Positions 11,801 through 22,600 of a stretch of 64,000 nucleotides of DNA are shown piece by piece. Position 1 is the stretch's first letter. Each line of letters starts with the position of its first letter. Below the pieces are notes generated by a model, which did not search any database, was not told where the DNA came from, and was given only the letters and a program-made list of their open reading frames with translations. Both the position numbers and the translations under genes were made by a program. This DNA comes from Candidatus Woesearchaeota archaeon (GTDB lineage Archaea; Nanobdellota; Nanobdellia; Woesearchaeales; UBA525). The stretch covers positions 29,943 to 93,942 of the forward strand of contig JAPPOH010000005.1 of assembly GCA_028818155.1 (NCBI GenBank), read 5' to 3'.

Positions 11801-14800
11801 CGACAACAACAGGAGAGAGGTATGTGGTATTCATTGTCACCGTTTGCCATGATGCACCAACATCTTCAAGATGCATCACTTCAAGTGGAGAGTACACATA
11901 CGATGCAACCTCTAACACCACACCAGGATCGGGGTTATCATAGTAGATGAAGTAATCTGTTGACGATGAGTCCGCAGCAATAGCTACCTGTGTTTTGAAC
12001 AGAACTTCTGTTGCTGTATCATTGAAAGGAGTTGCATTAATTCTGTGTAGTTCAACATTTGCGCTTCCATTCCAATAAACGATTCTGAAATCACTCCCAT
12101 TTGCGAGCATGCGATTCTGACTGACAAGTGTTTCAGTATCAACTGTATAATTGATCGTCGTGCCGGCGAGGAGTGCGAGTGTTGCGTTCGTGTTCGTGAT
12201 ATTCAACGCTCGTCGATACTTCCAATCAACATCCCACCAATCTGGCGTTATATTCCGCTCAATCAAGTGTATTTCTGACGCGTTCTCAGGATTTAATCGA
12301 CTTCCGTTGAGTGTGACATTCAACTCATTATAGGTCACATTCGTCCCATCATTAAGTGTCACATTACCAGTCACTGAAAGATTTTCTCCAGGCATAACAT
12401 ATGTTTTTGAGAGAAGTTCAGCAACAAAGAGCGTTCTGTTATCAGCGATAAACGTGTAGTTAACACTCGCATACTCGGTAACATTAAGTTGATCACCAGC
12501 AGCACAAGTCCATTTGTACGTGCCAACAGGCACTGCGACACTGAAATTGGCATCAACATTCTTTCCTGTCACATTTACCGTCTGATTTCGTGTCCACGAT
12601 CCGGAGACGTTATGATAGAGCGAAACATTCTGTATGCCATAGTCATCACTAATAGTACAGTTGAATGTGACGGTAAGATCACTCAGCACAGCGCCGTCCA
12701 CTGGAGCGACAAGCGAAATGCTCATTGGCGCATTTACTGCTGTGAATGTGTAGTTATTCGTGGCAAAAGCACCAAGATTCTCTTCATCATAGCACAGGAC
12801 GTTCCACACATAGTCCCCAGGTGTGAGAAGCGTTTCAAACGTGTGATTACTTCCTTGTGTCACGTTATACAATGTTTGATTTGATGACCAGTTCCCTGTG
12901 AAATTGCTGTACAATGAACAATTCGTCATGTTACTTGGTACGTAGTTATCTGTGACGTTAAACGTGATGTTTGGCATGAGATCTGTGCTGCTAGCATTCA
13001 ATGGAGCGACAAGTGTTACTGTTGGGGGGGTAAGATCCACAGTAGTGAAGTTATGCGTGCCTGTTGTGTTGCAATTTCCAGCAGCGTCACAACTTGTCAC
13101 GTTGAAATAGTAGAGTGTTTTTACAACTAAACCTGTAATTGTGACATTGTGCTGCACCACGAAACCAGTTTCGTGCGTAAAGATACCAAGATTTATTGTC
13201 GTATTGTGTTCCACGGACGAGTTCGCAGTTTCACTCGTGTTCCAAAGAATATCTGCTTCTGTCTCGCCAGGGAACGCGATGACATCCGTCACGTTCGGTG
13301 GTGTTACGTCAGGCGTGCTTGTTGTTGTGAAATTATGAGGTCCTGTTGTGTTGCAATTCCCTGCTTCATCACAACTTGTCACGTTATAGAAGTAGAGCGT
13401 TGCCGTTGCGAGATTACTGATTGCCACACTATGACTCGTGACAAGTGTGACGTCATGCGAGAAATTTCCTAGCGATTCATTCTCTCCATATTGTACTGTT
13501 GAATTCGAATTCTCATCTGTATCCCAGACGATAACTGCGGTGTTTGCAGTAATACTTGTGGCATTTTCACCTGAGATGTTCGGTGCAGCAGTATCCACAC
13601 GTAATGTGAAATTATTCTCTGCAAAGATTGAAACGCCAAACGAATCAGTACACTCGACATTCCAAATGAAATTCCCATCAGGTGGTGTGAGTGTGATGTT
13701 CTCTTCTGTATCATTCTGTGCGATAATCGTTGTGTTTGCAACCCACGACCCTGTGAAATTCGCATAGAGTGTACACTGCATCGTCTCGTCTTCTACATCA
13801 ACATACGTGAAGTTGAAGTCAATCGGCGTCTGGTTTGTAATCGTATCATTCACTGGCACGTTGAGTGTAACATTTTGCTCTTCATTGATCGCGTCAAGCG
13901 CTTGTATGTACCACCACGTCCTATTTCCAACGTTTTCGAGAAATGCGCTTGCAGATGATGTTCTCGTTATGCGAATTTCTAGATCACTATTTGCTGAGAG
14001 GTTGACGATACAACTTGCGAAGTTCGCTCCTTCGTAGCTGTCAGTGTTCGTTCCTTGATCTCCCCGGTTGTATCCTTGTGACCAGCAGAAGTCACTATCT
14101 GCTCCATTCACACGAAGGTTTCCTACATGTTCGAGACGAGTAGTAGCGCCTGTATCTCCAGAATCTCTGAGACTGTAAACGTTATATGCGATGCGATAGT
14201 ACCCTGCGCGCAGCACCCGAATTGTGTTGGAATCTGTTTTGTTGAAGAAGCTATCGTTCCGCTGCACAGTATCGAAGTCAAGATCAATGCCTGATGTTGT
14301 ATCAAGATCTTGTCCACCAACCTCATCTATAACCATAATGACGTTTGCATCATCATCAGGTATTTTCTCAATATGGAACCATGAGCGATTTGCAGTTGTC
14401 GCGAGGGTTGCAATACTTGCTTCTGCAGCACGCCCTGCTTGGATTTGCACATAGGCATTCTCTCCCAGTTCAACAAGCGCATCTGCTGTCACGACACCGT
14501 CGCGTGTGCTGTCAAAGCCTCGTAGATTCGTTTGCGAGTAGCCAACAGGAATTCGTGAGCCATTCACGAGAATTTCAGCAAAGGTTGCTGCACGAGTATC
14601 TGTCCCTTGTTCTGCAGCCACACCATATGTAATCCTATACAGGCCAGATTCGAGTATACTCACGTTGTTCGCATCAGTTGTAAAGTTAAAGGCACTGTCT
14701 TCCCGATCTTCAGTGTCCCACGTAAGATTTGTCCCAGCAACGACATTCATCGTCTGTCCGCCAGCTTCGTCATGCGCCATGAAGACATTTGTGATGTTTA

Positions 14801-16481
14801 TGCGTTGCATATGAAGCCATGTCTGGTTCCCAACACTGTTTTCTGTTGTTGTCGTGCTCGACGTACGGAGTACGTTCAGTTCAATCTCTTCACCACCTTG
14901 CAATTCTACAAGACAATCCGACGTCATAATGTTATCTTGTACAGAATTGCCTCCTCGTGTGTAGGAGGAGCCCCAACACGCGGGTTGGAGTGTGCCGTTC
15001 ACATATATGCGCGCATTATCTTCAATACGCCCACCTCCTGTCTGTCGTGCTGTAACGCCGTAGCTGATGCGATACACACCAGCTGTTGCGACAGTGAAGT
15101 TTGATTCTCCACTATTATGTGCGTAGATAGCATCAATTCTATCTTGCGCACTCCACGTGATGTCAACACCATTCGTTTGATCGTTGAGATTCTGTCCACC
15201 AGCAGTATTTCGTAGCATGAGAATGCCTGTTGCTGCAGCAAAGTTCTCAGCATATGCTACTTGATCACCAAATCGGAACTCGATGTAGTGGCTTCCTCCC
15301 GTCAGCACTTTGCTTTTTTCTTCTCCCGTCGCGTTACAACTATAATCCTCGATGAAAACGGAGTTGTTCACCCACGCGTAACTTTCAGTGGTTCCCCCAC
15401 ATGTGAGTTCGAGGAACTTGAGATCTTCTGTTTCTGCAGTATTACTCCATGTGGTGCCATTCGATGCACGAATAGTTAAGTTTGCGGTCCCTTCTGTGAT
15501 GAATTCAACAGTCCAATTGTTGCCTACAATAGGTTTACTCTTGACATTCAAAATGGTGAGGTTCGTTTCACCATAGCCAGGATCGACTGGGTCAAAGTGT
15601 ACGTCATACGGCTCTCCTGGTGTGATGAACTTGACAAACGTCCATGTTCCCGTGCATTCTTGATTCTCAAAATCCCATTCAATACACTTCCACAGCTTTT
15701 CTCCAGTTGCAACCCGCGTGAGTGTCCCATTTGTGAAATTAAGGGCGCTCGGATCAATAGCATAGGTTGACGCTTCTTTTCCTTCAATAACTGCAGGCTT
15801 TGCCTCATCATCGAGCCCCAGCACTGATTGTTGTGGGAACTCACAGTCTCTGATGATAACTTTCTCTGTTTTGCCATCAAACGACATCTCCACGTCATGT
15901 TTTCCTCGGATCGTGGCCATTTCTCCCATGGTTTTGCTTTCGAACCTTGTCGCTCCCTCTGGTTTTACACGCATGCCGGTGCGGCTGGGCCTGTTCTTTC
16001 CATGCAGGATGAACGATGATAGTTCTTCAAGCGTTTCATTTCCTGTCTGGTTAGCTCTTGGAGTGAGGATAGTCACTTTTCGCTTGCTCACAGACACATT
16101 CGTAATGTTCAACGAGACAGATTCAAGTACTTGGGTAGGTGACTCAATGATAGGAGCCTCTGCCACTAGTACTGTTGTTTCCATGAGAATAAGGCGCACT
16201 GCTCGGTCGACAAGCTGGAAGATGTGCTCCCCTGCTTCGAGTGGCGCAAATATGACTGGAAAGGTAATCGTTCCGTCCGCATCAAGGAGTCTAAGTCGAG
16301 CACTCGGTGTTACAACTTCAAGCAATGTGCTTGTCGTATTTACAACAGCTGCCCCAGAAAGGGTAATTGTGATGTTTTCACCGACAGCTGGGTCTTCCGG
16401 TGTGACATTCAGCGAGATGTTCTCTGCAGCAGCAAACGTAAGGAGCAGCAGAATTAGTATGAGAAGGCTATTTTTTTTCAT
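5871..16481 (-). CDS. Giant secreted adhesin-like protein (3536 aa): C1q-like x3, FN3-like x2, Ig repeats, DUF2341-like x2, lectin-like domains
   Basis: Uninterrupted 10.6-kb ORF with signal peptide MKKNSLLILILLLLTFAAA, repeated 'Y.WNV.C.D' Ig units, 'WWDVDWKYRR' and 'WWNESYTHRQ' DUF2341-like starts, and 'TAVIVWDTDENSNSTVQYG' FN3 repeats. Confidence 0.92.
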   Translation of the reverse strand: MKKNSLLILILLLLTFAAAENISLNVTPEDPAVGENITITLSGAAVVNTTSTLLEVVTPSARLRLLDADGTITFPVIFAPLEAGEHIFQLVDRAVRLILMETTVLVAEAPIIESPTQVLESVSLNITNVSVSKRKVTILTPRANQTGNETLEELSSFILHGKNRPSRTGMRVKPEGATRFESKTMGEMATIRGKHDVEMSFDGKTEKVIIRDCEFPQQSVLGLDDEAKPAVIEGKEASTYAIDPSALNFTNGTLTRVATGEKLWKCIEWDFENQECTGTWTFVKFITPGEPYDVHFDPVDPGYGETNLTILNVKSKPIVGNNWTVEFITEGTANLTIRASNGTTWSNTAETEDLKFLELTCGGTTESYAWVNNSVFIEDYSCNATGEEKSKVLTGGSHYIEFRFGDQVAYAENFAAATGILMLRNTAGGQNLNDQTNGVDITWSAQDRIDAIYAHNSGESNFTVATAGVYRISYGVTARQTGGGRIEDNARIYVNGTLQPACWGSSYTRGGNSVQDNIMTSDCLVELQGGEEIELNVLRTSSTTTTENSVGNQTWLHMQRINITNVFMAHDEAGGQTMNVVAGTNLTWDTEDREDSAFNFTTDANNVSILESGLYRITYGVAAEQGTDTRAATFAEILVNGSRIPVGYSQTNLRGFDSTRDGVVTADALVELGENAYVQIQAGRAAEASIATLATTANRSWFHIEKIPDDDANVIMVIDEVGGQDLDTTSGIDLDFDTVQRNDSFFNKTDSNTIRVLRAGYYRIAYNVYSLRDSGDTGATTRLEHVGNLRVNGADSDFCWSQGYNRGDQGTNTDSYEGANFASCIVNLSANSDLEIRITRTSSASAFLENVGNRTWWYIQALDAINEEQNVTLNVPVNDTITNQTPIDFNFTYVDVEDETMQCTLYANFTGSWVANTTIIAQNDTEENITLTPPDGNFIWNVECTDSFGVSIFAENNFTLRVDTAAPNISGENATSITANTAVIVWDTDENSNSTVQYGENESLGNFSHDVTLVTSHSVAISNLATATLYFYNVTSCDEAGNCNTTGPHNFTTTSTPDVTPPNVTDVIAFPGETEADILWNTSETANSSVEHNTTINLGIFTHETGFVVQHNVTITGLVVKTLYYFNVTSCDAAGNCNTTGTHNFTTVDLTPPTVTLVAPLNASSTDLMPNITFNVTDNYVPSNMTNCSLYSNFTGNWSSNQTLYNVTQGSNHTFETLLTPGDYVWNVLCYDEENLGAFATNNYTFTAVNAPMSISLVAPVDGAVLSDLTVTFNCTISDDYGIQNVSLYHNVSGSWTRNQTVNVTGKNVDANFSVAVPVGTYKWTCAAGDQLNVTEYASVNYTFIADNRTLFVAELLSKTYVMPGENLSVTGNVTLNDGTNVTYNELNVTLNGSRLNPENASEIHLIERNITPDWWDVDWKYRRALNITNTNATLALLAGTTINYTVDTETLVSQNRMLANGSDFRIVYWNGSANVELHRINATPFNDTATEVLFKTQVAIAADSSSTDYFIYYDNPDPGVVLEVASYVYSPLEVMHLEDVGASWQTVTMNTTYLSPVVVGQIEEAAVPPEEVSIRMTNVSATSFQIRLQNPGGNAFANRNISIFIMEEGQFVTRDGTLDFEGHLIRDETQVIGSGTSTPTTYSTINYNHTFGATPVLAGQIMSYKDSLWVDNHFNNVGTSSVQIALEMGQYCDQGGACPASEGHEPEDYGFIVGETGTGTIEGVPYEGTSFADIITGVDDGDGCFEAALAQVYSQIPVLVGDFPRRDGGDGGWMPTCFLDTTTVGFHTEEEDESDGERGHTAEPGMYMAIESEGILPLVRVSWAPTVAQLTEELRPTRTDGNASYNYTFSAPLIDGPYDLNVSTMFSIFSARNSSQFIVDGTAPFVNITNATPNPAELGVESVFVGWIATDLYLNTSYLNVSYPNGTFFAQYTSNETLTTTNLSVKGNWTLLAYAIDHAGNTNDTNETLQIIDTTPPVVGLNLPTNDSWVLTSDVFFNYTPTDFDAIANCTLYHNVSGWAANETNATVTNAIPNNFTVALPDEHVLWNVYCVDLEGNGGFSTNNFTMRIDTTPPLVNLEGPANNTLETTTNNIVFFFNTTDAATDIANCSVLIDGTQSGAADTTITEGTSQNITRFVANGEHNWSIQCSDTNAFTNVSVEYNITVQVDNETDPPIVQLNYPVEEDFVDTNNITFNYTVNDASGIENCSIIVDGILNQTNTTVTNNADNIFTIADFAEAKHNWSVQCYDNVTFALGTSSLRNFTVDLTDPVVTLNTLLNDSFSTASSVLLNYTPNDVNLANCTLYHNATGWSVNESDPSPNNNIPNNFTITYDDGPYLWNVLCYDLADRSSFAQFNYTVNIDTTIPSTTDNTTAPASPATYVQGQQYQFNITVVDTFPETVLIEHNFTGTLANYSSTDQGASIFVYNYTDLAVGTYVYKWYVNDSVGNENETLQYTYVVVQSQALVNLTLNDSEANLTIDEGQFANISARLINPGSGLLELYVNGARINNGSAPIENISQFPVPGTYNVSAIYNETQNYTAGITTWYIIVNDTNAPIVSLISPQNDTTVGTSGVVFSYNVTDTSAIVSCDLLINGTVNQTDTTITVNTTETFALSMEDGNYTWQVICYDTSNNGTSALHSFNVFDTTYLNVTIATASTYEQGEVAQINISTKDLFANSIQANATTAIIYTNTSVTDIPWWNESYTHRQLINITNTDADHIVEQNYSIQLSVNTSDPLMLANGSDIRIVYYHDTNATLVEIDRYNASPFNTSDTELWFTLQQDIPAGEFDDHYFLYYGNMTPGDPPENTSNVFMLFDDMQTGDLQGWVNHTTTGIAVVDEGGGNYVAWKAFNSDPGGGYKLLRESLVDYELRFRTNRINENGGASNRYGIVDGNGDGYGPRFDDFDTASGHIIEDRNSYVGNTVLTGSSVQLAPNTWYIWVMTKNASFMNFSAYNNTGEYITSVSGTDTGFDSVVLDRFQIFGGNEFYTDDVRVRMYMSNEPTAATGATHILKQVTENETNIFGEAITSYATFQQPLGNYSVVTLGERDGLDNGNGSTFFELVPDTIAPNITLELPLNNSWNGSAVVFTYYVDDINIDSCTLYHNESGWTANVSDSSPVHQANNTINTSFTSGHVLWNIECNDTFSNVAFASFNYTVRVDASVPVITLNAPGNDTNASSPVLFNWTVTDNLANFLNCSLTINGVVNETSINITEGNETIRNVSLATEGVANWSVACVDEAGNSGASELFEFFHLISPVNLTTYGNSTDVVINWSAVLGADSYNLYIQSNYSDRPSTPNVTGITDTNYTHTTSSDQMYYWVESARSTVTALRTQAGGKYTTVLPLNLSLVSFPLIPERFDLQNTTNIGFSFSTEPACAISLWRYNSTDYERTDWNGSVFTPASGSEGFTSLNMTASYWFESNTTCNNTFFGVVPVTTTRVGLVSGLNFMSWHTVLNQTLPTNSDPPLLVLSENNTIQAIDRFNSDTNVFEVTIHFNIGGVPWGWFPSANNPDFTTLDPTRGYVFDTTKEVNWTADPLT

Positions 16482-16620
16482 TTTCCACCTTCTCTTCGTT
16501 GAACTGCTGCATCATCAGCTCAACTTTCGACGATACTTTCATCGCGTTCTCTTTGCAGAGGCGCTTGAACATGACGAATACTTCTTCGTCAATCGTCATC
16601 GTTATTTTTCGTTTGCCCAC
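16468..16620 (-). CDS. Ribbon-helix-helix (CopG/MetJ-like) DNA-binding protein, 50 aa
   Basis: Hand translation from GTG: MGKRKITMTIDEEVFVMFKRLCKENAMKVSSKVELMMQQFNEEKVENEKK*. Alternating beta-strand KITMTID followed by two helices. Overlaps the start of the 3536-aa gene; below the ORF-track size cutoff. Confidence 0.8.
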   Translation of the reverse strand: MGKRKITMTIDEEVFVMFKRLCKENAMKVSSKVELMMQQFNEEKVENEKK

Positions 16621-16634
16621 TCGGAATCCCTATA

Positions 16635-16687
16635 AACCATATAAGTATGGTTCTTAGAGGGTGATTTATAAAGAGAATTTATAAATC
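16635..16687. promoter_or_regulatory. Internal promoter/operator: two inverted repeats
   Basis: AACCATA-taag-TATGGTT (16635-16652) and GATTTATAAA-gagaa-TTTATAAATC (16663-16687, containing TATA boxes) directly upstream of the RHH gene. Confidence 0.7.
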
Positions 16688-16692
16688 TTCGC

Positions 16693-19600
16693 CTAGACAA
16701 TCTCAAAGAAGAAGCTTACAGTGTCTTCACTCCCCTTGTATGAGGCTAGGCGTGAGGGCACTTTAATTTCATAGTCATACGTTCCAAACATGCCTGCTTG
16801 TGAGACATTAATGTTCGCTACGAATACGAGATCCTCTTCATCCGTTGTGTCAAATTGATCATTCGCAGATGCATCGTCGGCACTATCCCATAAAATACCA
16901 GTCCAGAATGCAGTGACGTTCGTACTATTCACATACGGCACGTTTTCAACGAAGTTACTTGTGAAGTTCACACCCCTCACACTCAGAGGAGTATTCGTGC
17001 CACCACCCCAAATTTCTTCAAGAGAATCCTCGAACGATGATGTATTGAGGTTTGTATCAGCATCGGTAAAGTCATTCCCAGTTGGACTCCCCCCTTCTGT
17101 CCGTGTAAGAGCGTAGAGATTCACAATGGAGAATGCACTGTCAGTGTCAGCAACAAGCAAATGACCAGCAACATTCGAAACATTGCCGAACTCATAGTAC
17201 GATGTGTTATCCCCCCCGCTGTGGAGCACGATTCCTGATGAGACATTTCCATAGTAGATTTGATACTGCTCAACAGTAAGATTTATCGTCACATTATTGT
17301 TGAGAAGATTCGCGTCATCTTGTGTATTCATCGGATCCACAGTCACGAAAATTTCATTTACGCCAGGCAACAAGATGTACGACACATTCACGACCACAGA
17401 TTGGCTAATGTTGAGCTCAGCAATCGTTATATTCCCATTGATTTGGTCGCCGCCTTGCCCACCTGTGAAGAACTGCACAATGATGCTGTCATTCGTATCA
17501 GTATTCCCTTGGTTCGTGATATTCGCGAAGAGCGTTATGTTAACCCCTTCAACAAGTGACTCACCACTCGTCGTCACATCAGTCTCATTGACCTTCAAAT
17601 CAGGACCGGTAATATTAATAGTGAAATTAAGCGGCGCAAACGCACTATTCCCATATGTATCGTAACAAAGGACATTCCATTCCCGTACGCCAACATTCAC
17701 GAACTCTTCATAGAATGTGTTATTTTCACCATTCGTAGGAGTTGTGTTTGTCACGATAGGATCAAACGTTACTTGCTCGAGATAGAACGTGCAATTATCT
17801 AGGTTGATATCATACGGAGCATACGTAAAGTTGAAGCTCCCTGCGCCACTCTCAAAGAAATCTGGCGGCGCGTAGAGCGTGACGTTTGGAGGAGTTGAAT
17901 CCGTAACAATTTCAAACTGTGCCCACCCCGTTCCATTCGTGAAGTTAGAGCGGTACGCTTCAGAGACAGCAGAGTAATTCCCAAAGACTTCAGATGCAGT
18001 GGGGAATTGCATGAGAACAAACCCACTTGAATCTGTCTCACTCTCATTCCTGTATATGTGCCACTCCTCTTCTTGAAACGCTGTAGTAATATTGGCGTTT
18101 GTCATCTTGTCACCAACGACTTCGAAGTTATCCCACATACAATGATCTCCAGCGTTCCCAGGAGCGCGCCCACCAAGGTTAAACTGAATGACATCATCAA
18201 TATTACACTCAATTCCAGCGTATGTGCACGCGTCATATGGTCCTATCTCAAAGTAATCAACAGGCTCAGGTGTTGCATCATTCGTATAGCACGTTGTTGT
18301 GTTTGCGTTCGTGCAGTTAAGAAGCAACGTGTATGTTGCCGCGTTATCATCAGTTGTGATGAGCGTACAAAACTCACTCAGAGAATCCAGGCTTGCACCC
18401 ACAAAGTCAGATGAAGCACGAATACTATCACACGGACTCGTTCCACAGAGTGAATTGTTGTTGGTCATGTTGAAAATAACCCCCCGCTCAGGAGCCCAGA
18501 CATCCAGGTCTTGTAATCGCAAGGCATAATCTGTCGATGAGTGTGCCTGATCAGCACCATCGTCCGTCGTACAGAACTCATAGTCTCCACCATCAATACA
18601 TGCATTGAAATTACCCCACGGGCTGTTTTCCGTGCACAAATTCGCACCACAGTTTGTTCCAGTTGTATCAAACCATCCATCCCCTCCCGAACTATCTCCA
18701 AAATCTTCCGTCATAATCGTCACAGTCCGCGAAATCGCAGCATAACCAGGATCTGTTGCGCCAGAATTGTTGTAGTAAACGTGATACATTTCATCATTTG
18801 TTGCACCACCACTAATATTCGCAAGGAACCTGAACTCACAATACTCATCGTCATCACCACCAAGCGCTTCAACAGGGATGACAGTGTAGTTGTTCTTCAC
18901 ATTGCTGCTATTCAACAGAATTAACCGAATTTCATTCACACAATCCGAGATATTCCCAGCCAATCCAGTAATGTTAGCAAAAACAACAACATCTGTTCGT
19001 GCGCTTGCAAGTTGATTCGTTATGAGGAGGGGTTGTCGTTTCTTCCATGACGTGTTCCACCACTTGAATGTTGTATTCCCATAGATAATGTCAGTTGTCA
19101 CATTTGTTTGTAAGCCTGTTCCGAAAATATCTGTTGTGTTGGTTGTGATATTAGCAATATCTCCCACTTCGTATTGTAGCTTGTTTGTCGTTACATCAAC
19201 ATTGATAGAATCACTCTTCAACACCGTGAAATTGAGCGTGAAACTTGTGTTGAAATTACTTTGCACATCATAGCATTGCACTCGCCACGTATAATTCCCA
19301 TCCTCGAGATATACATTGAACTCTTCTGTGGCGCCAACAGTTACTGACGTGTCAGTCTCATTCTCAAGCTCATCGATAAAGAGTGTACAATTGTCTATGG
19401 ATATGCTATCAGATACATTGTACTGAAGCACAACATTGTTCGTCCCAACAAACGAGCTGTTTTCAGGAGAGAGTTGTGTTATAATTGGTGGTGTGATATC
19501 CAGTATAGTGATCCAGTGTGTTTCCACACTAGATGTATGATTCTCTGTCTCATTGAAGACAGCAGTCACATTGTAGAATCCAGGTTCTGCAAAGAACGTA

Positions 19601-22600
19601 AAGTTTGTGATTGGAGCACTTGCATTCTCAAGCAATGTACCGTTCAAGTAAATTTCGATGTATCCAGCAGAAGGTGTGATGAGTGCTGCCGTGATATTTA
19701 CAGAGCTACGCTCTATGATGGTGAGGTTTCCATCAGTATTATTCAAGAGAAGATTGATAGAACCAGTCGCTTTGTTAATGATATACGTATGAAGAGGAGT
19801 TTGGTTAATATTATTACTCGTGTCGTTTGCATACCAGCGATACCGGTACGTTCCACCAGCAAGATCACTGATTGTGTAGTTGTATATGTTCGAGACAGAA
19901 AGTGCAACGGTTTCATTGATCAGTGCGCCGGTAAAATTATGCTCAAGAAGAACTGTGTCAACAGCAACATTATCTATCCATGTCGCATTGAATTCGTACA
20001 AGGCACCAGAACTGTACGTTGCTGGAGATGCAGGATCTGTCGTATTGCTCGTGTACGTTGGCGGACTTGTATCGACAATAATTGTCCTGTTGCTGCTGTC
20101 AAACGACCCTCGACCAGATTGATCTTCACACAACACGTTCCAGATGTACGTCCCATCTACTATTGAGCGTACAAAAACACTTGGCTGTCCATTCAGTGGT
20201 GTTGTATTCACTTGCACAGCAATCCAACTTCCCGTTTCATTCGTATACAAGGAGCAGTTGTTGAGATTTGTATCGTTCCCTGTGTAGTTGAATGTAATAC
20301 TCGCTCCAACAAGTGCGCCGTCTGAGGGAGCATTGAGCATGACTGTTGGATCTGTAAGGTCAATTGTGAAATCATTCGTCACAGAGGTTCCTGAATTGAA
20401 ACTTGTACTGTTGTCAACACACGTGATACTCCAGTTGTGCGCACCTTCAGGCACTGTCGCGTTGAAGAAATTCGGCACAAAATTATTCACAAAGCATGCT
20501 GGTGTGACTGGTGCACGAAGATTGCCTGATTCGAGTGCCCCCCAGTACACGAGTTCTCCAGTGTGCGTGTCACAGTCGTCAGCTACGTCTTGTTCACAGT
20601 AGCGGAAATCCATACCACTTGATACGACATTCCGAGCCCAAGGATACTGCGGATCTTGCCCACCGTCGTCATCGTTTTGCGTCACCATGACAATAGGATC
20701 GCCGAAATTTGGACTGAAAGAGGCAGGCGTCCATCCTGAATTAGTGATGTCTGCACTTCCGTTCTGGTATCCAACGATTTGTGTTTCTGTTATGGCCACC
20801 CACCCAACAGTCTCTGTTGCATCCCCTCCAGTACACGTATCTACTACCCCTTCGTGTACACAACCAATAACAGTCGTATGGCTTGCGTTCGTATCTGCCC
20901 CTTCAACCCACGCATTGAGAGCCATTTCTCCTGTGTTTTGATTGTACGTGTTTGTGGTTGTGAAAACGTGTGGTGTTCCCGAGAGTGTTTTGCCAAAGGA
21001 AACTGCGTTATCTGCCCCATTGTGATTGATCCCAGTGGTTGTTCCTGCAGCGATCCAGTCATAATTTGCGATAGCATCAACATCGAATACTACATAGTGT
21101 ACATCCTCAAGTTCAGTTGTCGTGTCACACGTTGCTGCACCGTTGTCGCTACACAAGCTAACGTTGAATCCTGTGGTTGTTACATCTTTCACGACAGGCA
21201 CAAAACCGTTATTATCTTCAGCCGCTCCGGCGTTCTGGCTTGCGGGCGTTGCAATCACGACAGGCACACTCGCATATGTGTTGTTGAACGTAATATAGAC
21301 AAACGTGAAGTTCCCCACTTGTGTTGCCCCTGCTTCCCCAATTACCTGGTTTCCACACGTCTGGTTTAAGACTCCATCAATGTAAAGCTCGCATCGATCA
21401 ATTCCTGTCGCGTCTTCAGGTGTGTAATTGAAGGTGACATTGCTCTGAGGGATGTGCTCATTGTCAACAGGATCATTCAGTGTTATCAGAGGAGGATCAG
21501 CATCAACAACACTCACAGTAATGTTGAAGAACGCCACTGTCCCTTCATTTCCATTATCATCAGTACAGTTGACTGTCCAATTGTACTGCCCATTCAAGAG
21601 AAATTCTGTGAACGTGAACGTCACACCGTCAGAGATCGTCGTCTCCGTCTGCTCAACCACATCATTAATGATAAGCTCACAGAAGTCAACATCACTCATT
21701 ACATCATTCGCACTTGCATTAAATTGTACATTATTCGTCTCATTTTCAAACGTGTTGTTCGTTGGCACAAGTAAGGTAACAATTGGTGGTGTAAGGTCAA
21801 CAATGATAGTTCTATTGAGCGTTTCATATGATGTCACCGAATTTCCTGCTTCATCAATACAGTTCACAGTCCACAAATAGTGCCCTTCTGCAAAGTCAGT
21901 TGTGATGAAACTCTCTCCACCATTGGTGATCGTTGTGTTTGTTTCATTCGCATCAAATGTCCCTGTCGTGTTCACATACAATGTACAGTTGTCTACTTGA
22001 TTGGTATCACTCGTCGTGAAATTGAATGTAATTGTACCTGTCCCATATTCTGTCGCGTTCACAGGCAGGTTAAGTGTGAGATTCGGTCCAAGCGTGTCAG
22101 TGATATATGTAAAGTCAGCGGTCGAATTCCTACTATTACTGAAAACATCATATGCAACAACACGCCAGTAATAGATCGAGTTAGCGTCGAGAGCGAAATC
22201 TACAACTCTTGAAGTGTTCGTGATAGGATCATTATCATACGTGAAATCAGGACTATCGAAGTCACTCGATTTATCGAGAATAATCGTGTAGTTATCAAAT
22301 GTATCATCTGTCGTTTGCTCCCATGATAGATTCGGTTGTAAGTTCGAGGAAACTGTTCCGGAGAGGGGCAGTAACAAGGTGAATGGAGTCGGATCGCTTG
22401 TGTAAACTTCAAATGATAGTCCTGGTGAGGTATTCTGTCCTACTTGTCCAAACGTATCGTTCGCCCATATGAGTGTAATGTTATAGATACCTGACTGATT
22501 TGTTTCTATGATGGTGTGTATGAATGTATCACCATCTTGTGTGAGCGTATAGTTCTTTCTTGTTCCATTCGGGAAGAGCAATTCAACAAGTCCAGTATCA

